A stretch of 64,000 nt of DNA, from the NCBI GenBank assembly GCA_965207455.1, contig CBDBMJ010000001.1:256001-320000 (forward strand), given 5' to 3'. Below are positions 62,239 through 64,000 of the stretch, piece by piece. The DNA is from Bdellovibrionota bacterium. Lineage in GTDB: Bacteria > Bdellovibrionota > UBA1018 > CAIPTA01 > JAALKR01. Each line of letters starts with the position of its first letter. Within the stretch, counting starts at the first letter, position 1. The notes beneath the pieces are model-generated. The model was not told the origin of the DNA. It ran no database searches and worked only from the letters and a program-made list of their open reading frames with translations. Position numbers and translations under genes: made by a program.

Positions 62239-64000
62239 ATGACTTATTTTAGATTGTTATTTACGTTAATTTTTGTATTATTTGCTGGATGTTCCAGCAA
62301 TCTGGCAGAAGATCCTGCAGGAGGTTCTGGAGTAACTGAACCACCAACATTAGCGGTAACAGTGAGTTTAGTCTCGGCATCACCATCATTTATTGATGCG
62401 CCAGAATTTAGTATTGCCTTAAAAGAACCTGTGAGTGGTTACACATTAGGCTTGCATGTGGGAGAAGATTGTAGCGGCGATTCTTTTGGAACAGCAACAG
62501 TGGATGTAGAAGCAACGTATACAATTACTTCAAGCGCTTTAGATAGTGTGGGCAGCTATGACTATCGTGTGAGTTATACAACGGCAGAAGGAGAACTCTC
62601 TTTTTGTTCTGAATCAGTAGCCTATCAATTGGTTGGTGGTCCTGTATTGGGTCGTAGTGCTTCTTCTTTTAGCGGAGGAGAATCTGAGTTATCTGTTGCC
62701 ATAGATGGTATGGCAGTGGGTGTACTGGCACTGTATTTGGGTGCTGGTTGTGCAGGAGATCCTATGGAAAATGCTGTTATAGGTTTTAACCCTACAGGTT
62801 CTGTGACTATAACAGCAACTGGGCTTTCTGATCCAGGGAGCCACAGCTATTCTGTTAAATATACATTAGGCGAAGGTGGGGAATCCAAGTGTTCTGAAGA
62901 GTTGGCCTATGTGTTAGTTGGTTTGCCTGTATTAAGTCTTAGTTCTCCTTCTCCTAGTTTTAGCGGAACACCTGAACTATCTATTGCTATAGATAATATG
63001 GCAGCAGGTTCTATAACATTGCACTTGGATACTGCTTGTGAAGGTAATAGTGTGGGAAGAGCAGCCATAGACTCTAGCACTACAGGTGCTGTGAGTGTAA
63101 CTGCAGATCCGTATCCAGCAACCAACCGCTCCTATTATGCTAAATATACATTAGGCACAGGTGGGGAATCTGCCTGTACCGATGGAGTAGATTATGTGCA
63201 AGTTGGTAAACCTGAATTGAGTTTTAGTTCTTCTTCTGTTTCTTTTGATGAAGCAGCATTTGATCTATCAGTTAGTTTAGTGAATAGTCTGGCAGGTAAC
63301 CTAACATTGCATTCGAGTGCTGACTGTACGGGGGATGCTGTAGAAACTGTTGCTGTAGCTGCTGGTTCGGATACTGAAAGTATAACGGCACCTAGTGCTG
63401 CAACAGGTGAGCATACCTATTCTGTTAACTATACATTAGATGCAGATGGAGAGACTGCTTGCTCTCAAGCAGTGATTTATAGGGTGGTTGGTGAACCTGA
63501 ATTGAGTCTTCGTTCTCCTTCTCCTGGTTTTAGCGAAACACCTGAACTATCTATTGCTATAGAGGGTATCGTACCAGGTTCCATAGCATTATATGCGAGT
63601 GCTGACTGTACAGGAACTTCTGTGGGAGATGCGACCATAGCTTTCGGTTCTACGGGTTCTGTAAGTGTAATAGCAACTGCGGCTTCTTCGTCTTATTCTG
63701 CTAAATATACACTAGCTACAAATGATGCATCAACGGCACCAACGGCTTGTTCTGACCCAGTAGTTTATGCACAAGCTAGCAAGCCCGTATTAAGTCTTAG
63801 TTCTTCTTCTCCTGCTTTTGCCTCGAGTGCACCAGCAGCAGCACTATCTGTTGGAATAGCTAATCCTCTTGCGGGTGCACTATCATTGCATTTGAGTGCT
63901 GATTGTACGGGGGATGCTCAGAGTACTGAGGCGATAGTTTCTGGAACCACAAGTCCTGTAAGTATAACAGCAGCGGCAGTTTCTGAAGCAGGTAACTATA
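62239..64000 (+). CDS. Large surface lipoprotein with tandem ~95-aa two-Cys repeats, truncated by the window end
   Basis: My translation: MTYFRLLFTLIFVLFAGCSSNL (FAGC lipobox), no stop seen to 64000; repeats P.LS.SS.S...PELSIAI...G.L.L...ADC.G...Y...YTL...GE..CS..V.Y. Confidence 0.85.
   Translation, partial: MTYFRLLFTLIFVLFAGCSSNLAEDPAGGSGVTEPPTLAVTVSLVSASPSFIDAPEFSIALKEPVSGYTLGLHVGEDCSGDSFGTATVDVEATYTITSSALDSVGSYDYRVSYTTAEGELSFCSESVAYQLVGGPVLGRSASSFSGGESELSVAIDGMAVGVLALYLGAGCAGDPMENAVIGFNPTGSVTITATGLSDPGSHSYSVKYTLGEGGESKCSEELAYVLVGLPVLSLSSPSPSFSGTPELSIAIDNMAAGSITLHLDTACEGNSVGRAAIDSSTTGAVSVTADPYPATNRSYYAKYTLGTGGESACTDGVDYVQVGKPELSFSSSSVSFDEAAFDLSVSLVNSLAGNLTLHSSADCTGDAVETVAVAAGSDTESITAPSAATGEHTYSVNYTLDADGETACSQAVIYRVVGEPELSLRSPSPGFSETPELSIAIEGIVPGSIALYASADCTGTSVGDATIAFGSTGSVSVIATAASSSYSAKYTLATNDASTAPTACSDPVVYAQASKPVLSLSSSSPAFASSAPAAALSVGIANPLAGALSLHLSADCTGDAQSTEAIVSGTTSPVSITAAAVSEAGNY

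Noticed and set aside
62907..63125. 72-aa minus-strand ORF
   Set aside because: Antisense to the large repeat lipoprotein on the plus strand.
1..64000. Frequent GTGGA/TCCAC pentamers as a possible Chi-like or uptake signal
   Set aside because: Orientation follows the coding strand and fits GTG-GAN (Val-Glu/Asp) codon pairs; enrichment cannot be shown without counting.
1..64000. Intact tRNA, rRNA, tmRNA or riboswitch
   Set aside because: None recognised in the intergenic regions by eye; a covariance-model scan would be needed to exclude them.

Overview
Bacterial chromosomal window, most likely from the phylum Bdellovibrionota. This assignment is an inference from the Bd0055-like histone, short flagellin, CarD and deltaproteobacteria-like core proteins. 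1-20.3 kb holds the minus-strand secE-nusG-rplKAJL-rpoBC-rpsLG-fusA-tuf-S10 superoperon; its EF-G has a degenerate domain IV. 20.5-31 kb is an accessory block: two multi-cupredoxin genes, a Cys-rich secreted protein, an EF-hand-like protein, and a minor-pilin cluster whose PilX-like subunit carries 14 RCC1 repeats. 31.2-33.2 kb is an IS1634-family element flanked by a perfect 301-bp target duplication that spans the shared stop codons of two convergent genes and leaves both intact. Next come aroB, speA/speB, a 62-aa bacterial histone, nfuA, two tandem M16 peptidase pairs (one frameshifted in an A10 run), carD, mltG, and a flagellin with a sigma28 promoter and CsrA-type leader. These are followed by an AT-rich repeat protein and the skp-lpxD-fabZ-lpxA-lpxB-lpxK operon, whose LpxD has an atypical active site. 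A kynurenine/2-aminomuconate catabolic cluster contains an unexplained luciferase-like monooxygenase. A large repeat lipoprotein runs off the right end and is absent from the ORF track. All assignments come from motif recognition by eye; no searches were run.
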